A DNA stretch of 64,000 nt. Source: Lama guanicoe (taxonomy: Eukaryota). Below, piece after piece: positions 1-13,259 of the stretch; the first letter of the stretch is position 1; the number at the start of each line of letters is the position of its first letter. The stretch lies in NCBI GenBank assembly GCA_013239625.1, contig MU055269.1, positions 2,968,441 through 3,032,440 of the forward strand, in the 5' to 3' direction. The position numbers were made by a program, and so were the translations under genes. The notes under the pieces were generated by a model. It was given only the letters and a program-made list of their open reading frames with translations. It was not told the origin of the DNA and did not search any database.

Positions 1-134
1 TTCCAAACAGGCAGCCCCTCCCTGGAGACCAAGCCCATCTCTCGGCACATCCGTGTCTAGGCTCTGGGTCGGGGTCAGCGGCAGCCCCACGGGCAGGGTC
101 TCCTGCGTGGCTCCAGGATGCTGAAATGGCACCA

Positions 135-266
135 NNNNNNNNNNNNNNNNNNNNNNNNNNNNNNNNNNNNNNNNNNNNNNNNNNNNNNNNNNNNNNNNNN
201 NNNNNNNNNNNNNNNNNNNNNNNNNNNNNNNNNNNNNNNNNNNNNNNNNNNNNNNNNNNNNNNNNN
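135..266. other. N-run, 132 bp (masked or unknown sequence)
   Basis: Counted directly; right flank is CNE-like sequence. Confidence 0.98.
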
Positions 267-700
267 AAATTAAATCGGGGCAGCCAACGACCTGCGAGTT
301 CCCAATACCACGGATAATTTACCCGGAGATCCGCCACGCTGGGCAAGGTGTCCTCACAAGCAATTCGCATTATTTCACATTAAGTACCAACTGAAGACCC
401 CTGAAGAAAATGAATGAATCAGATCTTGATATTTTCCTGTGGTGACTTGACACAGGAACTTTCAGAAAAACCAGGGGGCCGGGCAGCAACTGATGTTGCC
501 GCTCCAGTGACAACTTAGTGTCTGAGCGCAGAAAGCCGACCGGTCGAAAGCAGCGTCTTAGCCGTGAGGCGCCTCCCGGTTCTGCCCTGATTTCAGGTGG
601 TTCCTGTGCCTCCAGGTCTGCGCTGAGCCGATACAATGGAGAAAGTGAAGTGAGCGTCGGTGTTTAAGGCCAATCCATTCAAAACTGGATACATGTATTT
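267..700. promoter_or_regulatory. Candidate conserved non-coding element (enhancer-like)
   Basis: No recognisable repeat; homeodomain/TALE-like words (aaattaa, gataattt, cattatt, cattaag, tgaca); abuts N-run. Confidence 0.55.
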
Positions 701-704
701 TAAA

Positions 705-935
705 CACCGCTGAGTATGCACCCAGTCACCCCGCAGAGCGCTGCAGAGCCCGGCGTCACCCCCTCGTGGAAGGAGAGTGCCCGAGCCGGCGCGGGCCACC
801 TCCTCCCACAGCGGAGCTGAAGCTCAGGTGGCCCCTGAGCCCGGCCTCGGCCGCCGCCCCTCCCTCCCGGCAGCCGCACCAGCGGGAGCCCCCGCCCAGC
901 TGGGGTCCGCCCGGTGACCGCCCAGCCACCACGCA
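705..935. promoter_or_regulatory. Small CpG-rich patch
   Basis: Dense CpG (gagccggcgcgggcc, cggcctcggccgccgcc). Confidence 0.5.
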
Positions 936-1639
936 CGTTCAGCAGGTGGCCCCATTTTCGCTAGAGCTGGACTGCAGTGTCTCTCTATCCTCTCAAGTGA
1001 AAAGAAAACCCAGGAAAAATATATGTTGACAATAAGGGTGGATTTTTCCCCAGTGTGTACACATAATTCAGTAGTTTAATGCAACAGGTGAACGCTGGTT
1101 TAGGTGTGCTGATGTCCAAGTTACTTGACGTTCTGTGGCCCAGTTTCCACACTGGGGAAACCCTCTCTGATGCCCGTCCAGGGGACGGCTGACCTGTGGG
1201 GAGAGGGCAGGGGTGGTCTGGGACCCAGGACTACCTCTCCTGCCGGGAGCTGTCAGTCGTCCATCCCCACTGCCACTGTCCTCTGGAAGACAGTCAGCCT
1301 CAAGTGAGGAAACACATGCAGAGTTCCCAGCTTTGCTCCACTGTTTGACAAATGCTAGGTCTCTCCCCTCAATGCCCCATCTCCTTCCAAATGTGAAATT
1401 CAAGTCCAAGGTGAGCCCACACAGCGGTCTGAAGGCAGGGGAAGCCGTCGCTGCTACGTCTGGCTCCGTTCTACCGTCAGGAAGCTGAGCTTATCCCAGC
1501 TGAACACTTAGATACTTAAAAATTATCCATAGATCTGATTTTTAAAGTTTTATTTAAAATCTAACACATTTACAAAATCAGTTTCTCAAGGTTAGTGTAA
1601 AATATGTGAAAGTTGCCAAATGGTCATCGACTTAAATGC

Positions 1640-1860
1640 CCCCAAGCTGGCCAGTGACAGAGCTATTGAATGGTATTCGTTCTCAAAAACAATGGTTATG
1701 AAGGCTACGTAGTAATATGGGGAACAGTTACGTGACATTACTTGAAAAAGTATATTTAGTGTCAAATGTTGTGTGTTTGCAAAGTGTTGAGATTGCAACA
1801 ATGTGCAGAAGTTGCCCATAAAAAAGTGAAACACACACACACCTGAGACGTGATGTAAAC
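1640..1860 (+). mobile_element. Possible old L1M 3' fragment
   Basis: Weak resemblance to L1ME 3' UTR (gaatggtattcg...atggggaacagttacgtgacattacttgaaaaag). Confidence 0.3.
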
Positions 1861-2064
1861 GTGGTGCTTCAGCCGCCTTTGGACTTTCACGTCTGATCTG
1901 AAATTCAATACGTTTTAAGCTCCCCTTCCAAAATGGAAACCGAATATTCCCCCTAAACTTTACTCCTCTTAAAACCTACTTGTGCTTAATTTGGAACAAA
2001 ATCCTTTACAATAAATGGCTTTTCATTTTTTCAGACCCTGTAAAGCATTGCAGGGTCTGAAGCA

Positions 2065-2125
2065 AGAGGCAGAACAGGTGAGTGCAGACGCCCTGGGTTC
2101 GAGTCCCAGCTCCGCCCCACTGGGT
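2065..2125 (+). mobile_element. MIR SINE fragment
   Basis: cctgggttcgagtcccagctccgcc matches MIR head GGGTTCGAATCCCGGCTCTGCC. Confidence 0.4.
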
Positions 2126-3023
2126 TTTGTAAAACCAGGTGAGAGTCAACATTCTCCAAAGCTCTCCCCGCAGGGCCCGACGGTGACAAGCAATAGCGTC
2201 TGCAACTGCGTCTGACGGAGTGCATGGCATGGAGGCTTAGCAGGGTGTAGCCGGTAAAGTTCTGTTAACATTGTGCTTAGAGCCTCATCCAAAGGCAGGA
2301 GCCACTGTTCGTTGCACAGGTGAGAGGCGTGAAGGTCCTGGAACCTAAACTTCTCCAAGGTCAGGCGTTTGATGAGCCACAGAGCGGCCACCAGCGCTGG
2401 TGCCGGAGGAGCCAACGCCCGTCTCCGAGGCCGCCCCAGAGGCGCCAGTGGAACCCACGGTAGACACGACCAGAACACGTGTCCATCACAAGAGGCGGTG
2501 GAAGCCAGTCCAGGGCAGTGAAGGCCCAGGGCTAACACGCGTCCGCGCAGCCTAGAGCCGGGCGGCCCTTCCCGGGGAAAGGTGCTGGCAGAAGCGTTTC
2601 AGTTTCACACGCTCGGAAACGAACAGCCGTTCTGAGTCCCAGCTAGAGTTTACGCAGGGCGTACCCCACGTCACTCTAGGTCCTGACTCCTCCGTCTCTC
2701 TGCCTCGCTCTCCTTCCAGATCCCCTCCGTGTGTCTGGGTCCTGTGGCCGGCCCGCAGAGGCCGGGTCCCATGCTATGCGTGAGCCGTGTCCTCTGCGGC
2801 GGGTGGTGGGGGAGCCTGAGTGTGTCCAGTGCTGGGAGGGGCAGCTGTCACCGTAGCCCCGTTAGGGGCCAGATTTGCAAGAGCAGCATCAAACATGACT
2901 GGGGTTCCTCCACCCCCTGGCTCTGTAATGTGGATGGAGCGTGGGGTTAAGCGGAGAAAGGAAGGAGACAGTGAAGGGGAGGCAAGGCCACGGGAACATA
3001 AATCAAGAGAAGGAATTACGAGG

Positions 3024-3122
3024 TGAGGAGTGTATAGCTCGTTGGTGGAGCACATGCTCAGCTGCATGAGGTCCTGAGTTCCAGCCTCGGTACCTCCATT
3101 TAAAAAGAAAAAAGAAACAGGA
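3024..3122 (+). mobile_element. Vic-1-type camelid tRNA-derived SINE with TSD
   Basis: A-box-like tatagctcgttgg, B-box-like gagttccagc, A-rich tail; TSD aaggaattacgagg (3010-3023) / aagggattacgagg (3123-3136). Confidence 0.9.
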
Positions 3123-4059
3123 AAGGGATTACGAGGCTGAACACGGAAGACTCAAAGGAGAGCCTTCATCCGGCAAGAGTGTAAGAGGAGCCTGGCTCCG
3201 GGAGCGCCAGCCTGCCCCTGACCCGCACCCTGGGAAGCGGCTTGACCCAGGAGCCCCAGCCCACCCCGCGTCGCTTCCCTGGAGTGGGACTCTCGGCATC
3301 TGAAAAGAACCAGAAGTCCCAGCTATCAGCCCCGGTCTCACCTCGTCCACTGGCCCTTCCTTAGGTCTGTTTGGTCAGACGCTGTTGCTGAAATTCCAAT
3401 AGCACAAGGGGCACGTGGGCGCAAGTACCTCGGTCTTACCCAGTTCCGTCCCCACCAGCAGCTCAGCAATTACACACACTCCCTGCAATTTCTGCAGGGG
3501 GTGTTTGATCCAGGGAGGAAATGCCACCTTCATATTTTCACTCCAATGTTTGCTGTCTTGTCCCTTTCTGTCAAATCCAAAACGTTTTAGCAATTTGGAG
3601 TCTAGCTGGCTTTTCTCGGTTGCAGATTTGCAGACAACAGAACCAGGTCCAGGCTGCTGGCTGTGAAGGTGGGACACCACCCCCAGCCGCGCTGAGGCAG
3701 AGCGGCCGAAGCCCCGTTCCTTCCTCCAGTGCCTCCACTCGCTGGGGCGCGGACTTCCCTGTCCACACAGGCTGTTTAAACGCAAACACTGTTAAGCACT
3801 GTCTGTTTCTTCCTGTTATTCCAAAAACTGGGGAAGACATTAAACATAAAAACTTGTTAAAGCAAAGATTACAAATTTAAGCGCAGCACCGTCAGTAAAG
3901 CAAATGCCAACGTTCCAGTGGTGACGTTAACTGAAACACTCTTCACGTCCTGGTGACATTGACTCTCTGTTTAAAGGTCTAATTTGAAACTTCCACTATT
4001 TGGGGTGAGAAGGATGAATACTTTTATTATGAGTACACGTATTTCTTACAGCTTTGCAC

Positions 4060-4190
4060 CTTTAAGTAGGAAGCTCCTTGAAAGCAGGAATTTTCCTTTA
4101 ATTCATTGTGTGTGTGGCATCAGCTCAGTGGTGTAGGTCCAACAAAACAGAAACAGCTCTAGGAACATGCTCAGTTCAGTCAGATGGGTG
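4060..4190 (+). mobile_element. L2 LINE 3' fragment
   Basis: aagctccttgaaagcaggaa...ttcattgtgt resembles L2 3' end. Confidence 0.4.
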
Positions 4191-4499
4191 CTGTTACAGG
4201 ACCCGAGTGGCATGTGTGGTACCACACAGTTGCCCCATCACGTACTGACAGATACAACTCGAAAATGTCTACACTTCAACATGCACTTCATGGACCAGCT
4301 TCTAGAATTTAAAAAATCTTTTCCAAAATAATTTTAATTTCAGTTTTACTCCTTTTTTGTTTGTGAGTTACTTTTTATTCATATTTTGTTGGAGAAAGAC
4401 ATTGAGAGCACTAGTAGTGGAATTAGAAGAAAAGAAGGAGTTAGAACGCATACGCCTATATTCTCATACCTAGAAAATCGCCCGTCTCTCTAGTGTCAT

Positions 4500-5260
4500 T
4501 TTCCCTGCCTGCCTTCATTTATATAATGCATACATTTGCACAGTTGAAAAATTATAGTACAAATATGTAGGCTATATATTTATTTTGATAGTGTAATACA
4601 CATCCATTTTGGTGTCTCATTATTGCTCTACCTTTGGACCTTTGAAAAATATTTAAATAGCGCTGCAGTGGGCATCCCTTGCATTACTAGTTTGTGACAT
4701 ATTTTTCCTAGTTTTTTTTTTTTATCTAATATAATCCTCAAAACTCCTCCTGAGCGTTCCATATTTCTTCAAAATAACTTAGATAAATTGAAAGCACATT
4801 TCTAGCACAGCGATCATTTATTACAGTAAGTTATCCATTTGACCAAAGTTTCATAAAAAGCACGTGCACAGCTGTCATCACTTTTTCAGGCAGAACTAGA
4901 ACATTCTTTATTTTTATGATTGGTATTAACTAATCTACTAAAAATGTCATAAAACATTTATAGGCCAAAAAATGAAAAGAGACTAAGGAACACACTTATT
5001 GTAAACATGACAAATGATTCATAAATGAAAACACTTGACATCATAATTCCAAAGGCAGGAACAGATAATTCAATAAAGTGAAAAGCTAACAGCATAAAAC
5101 ATCTAAAACATGTTCATTCTCACAAAGAGTGAAAGAAATGACAGCTAAAGGACGAGAAAGCACTTTCCAATTATTAGAGGAAAAATCATCTAATATTTCG
5201 TCAATAAGGCTTAGGGAAAAACAGGCAGTCTAGGGAATTGAAGAAGAGTTTTAAACTAGA
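4500..5260. mobile_element. Degraded L1M fragments (minus about 4500-4720, plus about 4930-5260)
   Basis: aaatagcgctgcagtgggcatccctt (L1 minus); A-rich aaacatgttcattctcac...aaagaaatgacagctaaag (L1 ORF2 3' region, plus). Confidence 0.5.
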
Positions 5261-5361
5261 GTCACACTCTAGGTAGCTAGCTGTGCTGAGGGGCAGACAG
5301 ACGGATACAGAGAGAGAGGAAGGGTGGATGACGCACAGGGAGGCAGGTCATGTTCTCTCCA

Positions 5362-5730
5362 CCCATGTTTACCCTGCTGGAAATTAAAATGCATACATTG
5401 CCAACATTTACTAACTCATTTCAAAATAACAATAAAGCCACTGCATGTTACCATAATCACCATTTTTATAAAAATGAGTATTTTTCAAAAACAAAGACTT
5501 GATGGTGACAAGAGTGGTCGTGTTTTATATTTTTGCAAATGTCCCTAACGTCTGGCTTAACAGGAGGTGCGTCTGGGCCTCTGCTTTTAATGCCTTTTGG
5601 CTGAAGCATGTGAAGAACGCGCCATCTCACCCAGACATGCAGTCGGCAAGGAGGAAGCATTTTAACAGTTCTGCAGATAAGTGTGCCTATTCTTCTTTGA
5701 ACGTGCACTGAAATCCAGTGAGTGTTCATC
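5362..5730 (-). mobile_element. hAT-Charlie (Charlie1-like) DNA transposon fragment, transposase C-terminus
   Basis: aagagtggtcgtgttttatatttttgcaaatgtccctaacgtctggcttaa matches Charlie1; ORF 5466-5729(-) has VKPDVRDICKNIKHDH, like Charlie IKPDIKEICKNVKQCH. Confidence 0.8.
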
Positions 5731-6099
5731 TCTCAAAGACGGGCTGGGAGGTGGGATCGGAAACCACAGCCACGGGCGTCTTACAGGTGGGAGCCCGCTG
5801 GTGCCTCTTGCCCTCGGGCCGGGTTTTCTACCCATGACTGTGTTACCTTCCAAGCACTGACCCCCATACCACAGAAAACATCGTGTTTACCGGTATCACT
5901 ACCAATCTCATCAGAAAAATAAGTCCCTGAACTACATCCTCCCGCACGTGTGAGAGCAAGACTGACAAGTCCAAGGACGTCTTGGTGTGACTGAAGGTAT
6001 TTCGACCTGTGGGCCCCACATGGCCTCCGAGACCCTCAGGCGTCCCCAGGCTTCTCCTGGAGACCTGCAGCTTCCCCGGAGCGATTCGCGTGAGATCAG

Positions 6100-6760
6100 G
6101 CGCCTCCACGTGCCGAAGGCCAAGGGCAGGTTCCTGGTCTCTTTTCGGTGACTTTCCCCCCCTGTTGAAACACTCTCTTCTCTTAGCTTCTGACTCAGAC
6201 CCTCCGCAGGAGCCCCCGGGCCGCCTGGGCCTTTCTTTTCTCGCTTGTAAGTGTGAGTCTTCCTCTTCCCAGCCACTGGATTCTGGGGACCTTGTGGCCT
6301 CAGCCTTGGGCTGTCCACCCCTCTCACTGCACCGTGTCCCCCAGGTGACCACAGGACACAGCTCCTGTCCGAGGAAAGAGGAGAGCCCCTCATCTCCCTC
6401 CCAGGCTCTGCTCCGCACCAGCTCCGGGCGTCTGTGGGGGGGGCTCTCTCAAGCGGGGGCTGCGTCCTCCTCCACTCCCGGGCGCGTTCACTTCAGCCAA
6501 GCACACTCCCTGCCCACCTCAGGTGTGTCCCCTGGTCCTGTCCTCTTCTGGTGTCCAGCTTACTCCTGAACCCTTCTGCTTGTCCGCGCCTCTGCTGGGT
6601 CCTCCCCGGTCTGAGCTGCTCCTCCCGGGTGACCGAGTCGCCTGCCCGGGTCTCCCCCGGTGTGGTCTGCCCCCGCCCTTCAGAGCAGCTCTGGACACAG
6701 CACACACTCACTCTTTCAAGAACACGGCGGGCTTGTGCCACACCCCCACGTTGCTTGCTT
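6100..6760 (+). mobile_element. L2 LINE fragment (RT/3' region)
   Basis: ttgaaacactctcttctcttagcttc...ggcctcagccttgggc...ccaggtgacc follows L2 consensus order. Confidence 0.5.
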
Positions 6761-7139
6761 CTGCTGAAAAAATTGTCACAGTTGTGGAACCGTGTCATTT
6801 ACCAAGAAGCTAAGATAATAAACAATGAGTTGTGTGTGCACATGTGTAGTAACGGTGAACGCACGACCGTGGGCGTAATACACACACGGACAGAGACATG
6901 CACGCTCACACGGCTTCCATCAGAGCACACACACGACCACAGGCACGCGTCTGCGTGTGTGCCTGCTGTGTGCGTGTCTCCCCAGTGGGGCGGCTGGCCT
7001 GGCTTCACAAGCACCAGAACCTGCTGGCTCGTGGACCAACTCCTTGTGTGATGGTGTCTCCATGTAAAATGGTAAGAAGAGCAAAGAGTGAAAAAGAAGG
7101 AATTGGGTTTATCAAGGGAGAGACAAGAGGCCTGCAGTC

Positions 7140-7320
7140 TAAACGCAGCGTGCCGCCAGACGGGCAGCCGCGCCGGCCGGCCGCGCACGCTGCGTAAGGA
7201 CCCACGTCTGTTGCCTCCCTGTCCGCCCGGCTCCGGGCGGCGGGGAAGGGCGGCCGCGGGGGCCGCGTGCGCACCTGCGCGGGGCGCGAGTGAGCTGCAG
7301 CGCTTCGGCTGTGGGGTCGT
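7140..7320. promoter_or_regulatory. Small orphan CpG island
   Basis: gccgcgccggccggccgcgcacgc...gggcggccgcgggggccgcgtgcgc. Confidence 0.6.
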
Positions 7321-8470
7321 GTTCAATCACCAAGCCTGCTTATGGCGGATCAATGAACAGAAACTCATTAAATCCTGACCAAAACCAGCCACAGGAAGGG
7401 GAAGTCCACTCAGGGGCACGAGGCTTAAATTATATATCGGTTTTTTCCTCTGTTGTTTCATTTCACAAAACTGCAAAAGTCCAGGCAACATTTTGTCAGT
7501 AAAAAAACAATAAAGAATATGGAAAGCCCATCTTCACAGAACACTGGACGTCGCAAAACAACCTGCAGCTATTATGGGATATATCAAAACTGGCAGGTGA
7601 AACTTGGCCGGGGACGGAGCCGTATCTCACAGGGACAGCACGCCCTCCCGGGCGGGGCTGCGAGCCCGGAGGAACCGGGCGCAGGGAGTTCACGGGCTTC
7701 ATTGAACTGGTGGCATCTGGAGGGTGGAAAAAAATTGGTGACACTGCAAAACTGGTCATTAGGTTTTTCAGGCGCGGAGGGACGCACTCCTCGGGGACCT
7801 GGAGGAACGGCCTGGATGATGGGGGACGCTCATTGCTCACGTGCCTTTTACAGAAACCAGCAGCTTCATGAATCCACCATTAGTGCTTTTGCTTTTCATG
7901 GTCTCTTACCTGTGAAAAGAACACCTAATGGATTGATACACACATTGTTTCTAATGTCGTCAAAAAGGCAAATATTTCTTGAAAACAGGGTAGTGGCTCC
8001 GCATCTCCTCCCTCACTTATCACCCATATGGTGTAAATTCTGTGTGTTTTAATATCACTTTGTGGCTTTCTAGTGCTGCACCGAGAACTCGTGTGTGTGT
8101 AAAAACTGTAGCCAAATTAAATCAGGAAGAAGTCATTTGGAACATTGTTTTTCCTGTGCTGCTTTCAAATAGGAGGAAAATAAATGCACGAGAAGCCAAA
8201 TAGGGGTCAGATCCTAAGCCACAGATGCGCCGAAAAGCCCCATTATGCACAACTGACACCCCGGAATTCCCACCGGCACACCTAGCTAGGATCGGATCGG
8301 CGTCTTCACGTGTGTTATACTGCCGAGCATCTGTTCCCTGGGCTTCTGAGAGACTGCATGTGGCGCGTAAAGGTTTGGTATTAAGGGAAATAATTAACAT
8401 GTTTCCTGGCACCCGGCCAGCGGGGACAGCACGTCACCTGAAAATGACAAACTCTCTCAATACCCCACAC
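7320..8470. promoter_or_regulatory. Candidate CNE cluster (about 7320-7500 and 7850-8470)
   Basis: Non-repetitive AT-rich blocks with tcaatca, atcaatg, cattaaatcc, ctaatggattgat, aaattaaatca, taattaac. Confidence 0.5.
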
Positions 8471-8906
8471 CTTCGTGAGCGCTTCCTGGAGTAATTCGGA
8501 AGAACGGCTGTCATAATAGGCCCTTCCTCTCGGAAGACAGAGAGGTGCGTTTGCGGGAGGGTGGTGGCGGGGTGTGGCAGGCTGGGCTGCGGGAACTGGC
8601 CGCAAGGGCGCTGGGGGTCAGCAGGGACTCCGGCCACGAACTAGCCACCACTTGGCGCTCTCTTAGTTCTTAAAAACTGTCTCCTGGTGCGTGAATAGGA
8701 AATCGAAGTTTCTCAGTGATTTCTGAACGCTGAAAAGATGTCCGTTTCGAAATACACATGGAGACACACCTCAGATCCTTTCATTAAGGACTGACGAACG
8801 CGGTCCTGAAGTTCACTTCCACTGCTCTGACCACATCGTTTCCCCAAGTCTTCTCAACGGAAAGGAGTCTAGATGGTTCAGGTACCTTTAGGTCTTCATT
8901 TTCTTT

Positions 8907-9065
8907 TCTTATCTTTGTTTTCTTTTTTTTTTTTTTTTAGTAATTTTTGTAAAATTTTAACTTTATTTCATTTTTTTCCCTTAACAGAGGCACTGGGGAT
9001 TGAACCCAGGATCTCACGCAGGCCAAGCACACACGCTACCCCTGAGCCATCCTCTCCGCCTCCCT
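8907..9065 (-). mobile_element. Vic-1-type camelid SINE with TSD
   Basis: gaggcactggggattgaacccaggatctc...ctgagccatcctctcc with T-rich tail; TSD ggtcttcattttcttt (8891-8906) / ggtcttcgttttcttt (9066-9081). Confidence 0.9.
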
Positions 9066-12000
9066 GGTCTTCGTTTTCTTTGATTATACAAAGAAACATC
9101 CTCACAGGGCGTAAAAGCTCTCAAAGTGGAGCCGGAGTGGAGGGGCTGCGGCACAGACCCCGGCTTTCCCTTCCTCTTCCCCCGCTGTGACGACCGAAAC
9201 ACACACGCGATGTGGCCGTGCACCAGCGCCATCTGCCCCCGGATACGACCGCTGTGCAACTGAGATAAGATGCATTTCTCCTTATTTTGTTTCTAGGTTT
9301 ATGAAGCATTTTTGTTTTGTTTTGTTTTTAAATTTAGGGAAAACTCAGGGAAATGCTCACAGGGTAGTAATTCATTCAACCCAGAAACAGATTCCCTGTT
9401 TAAACGTTTCCGAGACGCGCCGCGTGGCAGTAAACATGCGCTCAGGAAACAGCATAATCGTTCCCCAGCAGAACATATCTGGAGACTGTGAGTAAATGAA
9501 AAGTGCGCCTCCCCCCATGCACCACCACTCTGGATGTTTTTATCTCCAACTCCTGAATTCTGCCAGGTGGAACCTGCCTCCTCTTTGCCCCCACGTGTGG
9601 CTCGCACTCGGCTCCGTTCTGCTGGTATTTGGGCATTTCTGCTGCTTGGGCGTCCCGGGCCAGGCGGGAGTGTGACCGGGAGCTGCGGGCGCTGCCGGAG
9701 AGCAGCCCGGCCGCGGAAAGTGATTGAATGGCCTCATTTCAGGCTTTTTGTCAGATAACAGGCAGCGCTCTATGAAGATTGATTCACAAGTCCTGGGCTT
9801 CCTGGGCCGGGCCGTCGGGTGGATTGATGCTGTGCCGCGGCGGCGGATGAAGACGGAGTAAGCCTTCCCACGCTCAATCCGCCGGCTCGTCAGGAGCGGA
9901 AAATCACCCCGTGTCACTGGTCATGGGAGCGTTTCACGACTGGCACGCGGATTTAGTGGTGCAGCGTCACGGGCAGGCAGCTGGGCCAAAAATTCTTTAT
10001 TTGTAAGGACAGTAAAGGCTGCCTGCAAAGCCAGCGCGGAGCCCCGGATAAAGGGGCAGAGAACCAGGCGAGCGATGTGCCATGCGCAGTCAGCCTTCCG
10101 CGCATCTGCGCCTTGTTGGCAGAGCAAGTGCACCAGCCCTCGGGGCGGGGCTCCTGCGGGCTCAGTCCTCTGACTCACGCTTGCTGGGTGAGAGGGACTT
10201 GAGCACCGACGACTGTCTGGGGCCAGGGGCGGGGACGGCGCGCATTTTGAAAGATGGCTGTGATGTGTTAGGACCAGGCACGTGATGATGACGAGCCTTC
10301 GGGGACCTCGGGGTGTGTGGGGGGCAGAGGAGCAGCTAGACGTGTCTCCGAGTTCTCTGCAGGGGCGGAGGGCGGCGCGGACGATGAAGTCCCGGCTGCA
10401 AAGGTGGGGTGTCGAGGTGAGGCAGGGAGTGACCCTGTGACCCACAAGCAGCGCGGGGTCAGCCCCCAGTAGAGGTCGCAGTGACAGAAACGAGCACACA
10501 GGACAGGGACACCCGTGGTTCACAGGGGGCGCGGTGCGATGGTGGGTGCGCTCAAGCACGGGCTGGACCCAGAGGGCGGGTCCCCAGCCACGTGCTGGCC
10601 TCGGCACTCTCCGGGTGGCCACATTCTTCCCCAGCGCGAGACCTCGTCCTCCTGAATCAGCTTCCTTCCGCGACCCCTCCAGGCCTGTCCCCGCTCCCTG
10701 GGCCAGGGGCCCACGTCCGCAGGCTCCCGGGGCAGAGACGAGTCAGCTGCCTGCCGTCTCTCCCATCAAGGTCATAGCATCACACTTCTTTTTCCTCAAA
10801 ACCTTCCCATTTCGTTCAAGAGCTTACTTTGAAAGTTTAAGGAAAAAATAAACTAGCAGTTCATCTTCCTTGATCTTCGCCCTCCTTATAATAATTCTCT
10901 GGCTGAGTCAGGGAAGGGCAGGAGTCAGGGAGCTTTGACAGGCACACCAGGTTTGGGCGTCTAACCCTGAACCTGTCTCATTATGCCCAGAGGGACATCT
11001 AACCGCCCCTTTAAGCCCCTATTTACAGGAGGCGATTTGTGTCCTGAGAAAGTTGCCCCAAGGGGAGAGGGGCGATTTTAACAATGCGCCAAGCCTGAGG
11101 CGGGGTTTGGGGGGCTGTGTTTTAGGGAAAGGAAGGCGTCTGGGTCCCCCAGCCAGCCCCAGGTGCCCAAGCCCTAAAGAAACCCTGGCGAGCTTTCCCA
11201 CAGTGAAGAAGGAGGCACAGGAGGGCGGGTGCTTCCAGGTTTGGGGAATCCGGCGCCAGTAGGCCCGGGGACGTGGGGGCCCTGAGCGACCCCGCAGCAG
11301 GGACTGCGGGCTGGTCTGGGTGGGCCCTGCTGGCAGCCCGAGGCCAGCGCCCTCCAACAGGACGGCCCAGAGCACAGGGCAGGGGGCTCCGCTGCTGCGG
11401 GGCTGGTGGGACTCTCGGGACCTCGGGGAGGCCCCCAGGACAGTGACCGAGGGCAGGATTTCACAGGCAGGAAACCAGAGGAGCATCACCCCTCAGTGAA
11501 TCAGGATCGCAATTTCTGGTGCGGTCGGCCCAGCCCAGGATGCAGGGCCTGTGAGGGGGGCCATGTCGAGAGGCTCCAAGGCTCCACCCGCAGCTGCAGC
11601 CCAGCCCCACCCCCACCCCCACCCCAGCGCTGGGCCCCGGCACCCCTCGTGTCCCTAGGTGATGGGCTGGCTCCCGTGAGGCGTGGAGGGTCCGTGGGGG
11701 CTCCCCTTCCTGAGTCTGAGCGGGAAATACCTGGTGAAAGGACAAAACAGATGAGAGCAGTGATTCGTGGTGGTCGGCTGCCCGGGGACAGAGGACTCTG
11801 GAAGAAATCGGGACTTTTGGGGAACCGTCTTTGCTAATCCCAGGGAGGTCTCACGAGGTGAAGGAGCCCGCGTCCACTTACCTAGGGCCCGTTCACTTAC
11901 TGCGTGTGGCACTCAGAACCGGGCACGAGGCCCTGGGAGGCAGGCGTCCACATGCACGGGCGCAGCAGAGGAGGCGCTGGGGCACGAGGCAAGGGCTGGA

Positions 12001-12779
12001 GGCTGCGCGTCTACATGGACCTGGCGGCACGTTGGTCACCACCTCTGCTCGGAGCCGCACCGCCCGGCCCCTGGACGCCCATCTCCTCGCGGTCGGGCAC
12101 GTGGGACCAGGTCAGGTCACAGGGACGCTCACAGGCCCAGGATGGTCTCGCACAGACACAGTGTCCACGCCGGGCGGTGCTTCCGAGCAGACTGAGCCGC
12201 CCAGCTCCCAAAGGGCTGTTCCCCGACACGGTGACGGGTGCCCGGCAGCCAGCCAGCTGGGAGCCTTGGCTGCAGGTGCCTTCACCTGACTTGCGCTGTA
12301 GAAAGACTGTCTGAGGCAGAGACAGAGTCCGCTCCCTGGGAACTGGGTCTTGGAGTTTTGTGTCTTCTTGCCCCTCTCAGAGCTGGGCAGGGCTTTGGAC
12401 ACAGGCACACCGTGGGGCTGGACTTGCAGACCCCAGGCCTGCAGTGTAAGCCCCGGCTTTGTTGCGGGCAGCTGTGTGCACTGACTCCTGGTTCTCCTGA
12501 GCTGCCAGGATGGACATCACTGCCGGCTGGCAGTGTCAAGGACACAGGACAGGGACCCTGCCCTGCCGACTAACCTGCCGTGCACACCGGGACAGGAGAT
12601 TCTCAGTGGGCTGCTCCGCTTCTTGTCCTCAGACCAGGGGTCTCGGCACCCGCGGTGGAACGAGGCTAAGGACACTGCCGGGCTGTAAACACCGACCCCC
12701 CCCCAGCCCTCTCAGTGACACCTGCCACCACGGGGGCTCTCAAGTAATACAGGCCGTTGCTCCATTCCCCTTTAAAATA

Positions 12780-12845
12780 GAAAAATGAAAGAAAGAAAGA
12801 GGGAAAGGAAGAAAGAAAGAAAAAAAGAAGGAGAAAGAAACAGAA
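12780..12845 (+). repeat. (GAAA)n-like polypurine tract
   Basis: gaaagaaagaaagagggaaaggaagaaagaaagaaaaaaagaaggagaaagaaa. Confidence 0.85.
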
Positions 12846-13259
12846 GCGATCTGGTACCAAGGGGACTTGCTGGGAGCGAATTTCGTGGCGCTAGCTGACC
12901 GTCCATCTTGCCTCTAAGGGGTGTCGGGGCTGCTTGGCTTGATGATGGCTGATGCTCCAGTGGCTCCCGTGCCCCCTGGAGATGAGTGATGGCGGGGACA
13001 GCCGTCACACACGGGCCGAGGCCCCGCGCAGGAGCATGGCTGGCCTGGCCCTTCAAATAAAAATGGAAAAAAACCCCCACTATTTTTAAAATAATGGAGC
13101 TCCCTGGGAAAAATACAGTTTAAGTTTCACTTTGTGGGAATATTTATTCCTCTCTGTTTGTGAAAGGGGTTTATCATGCTGAGTGCATTTCTCTCCACTA
13201 AAACGAAAACCTCAAAATCTATACAGAGAAAAAAACCCACAGCTGAAATACAGGTGCAT

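Noticed and set aside
3024-3100. tRNA genes at SINE heads (also near 9000 and 63520)
   Set aside because: A-rich tails, TSDs at two of the three copies and a broken cloverleaf show they are tRNA-derived SINEs
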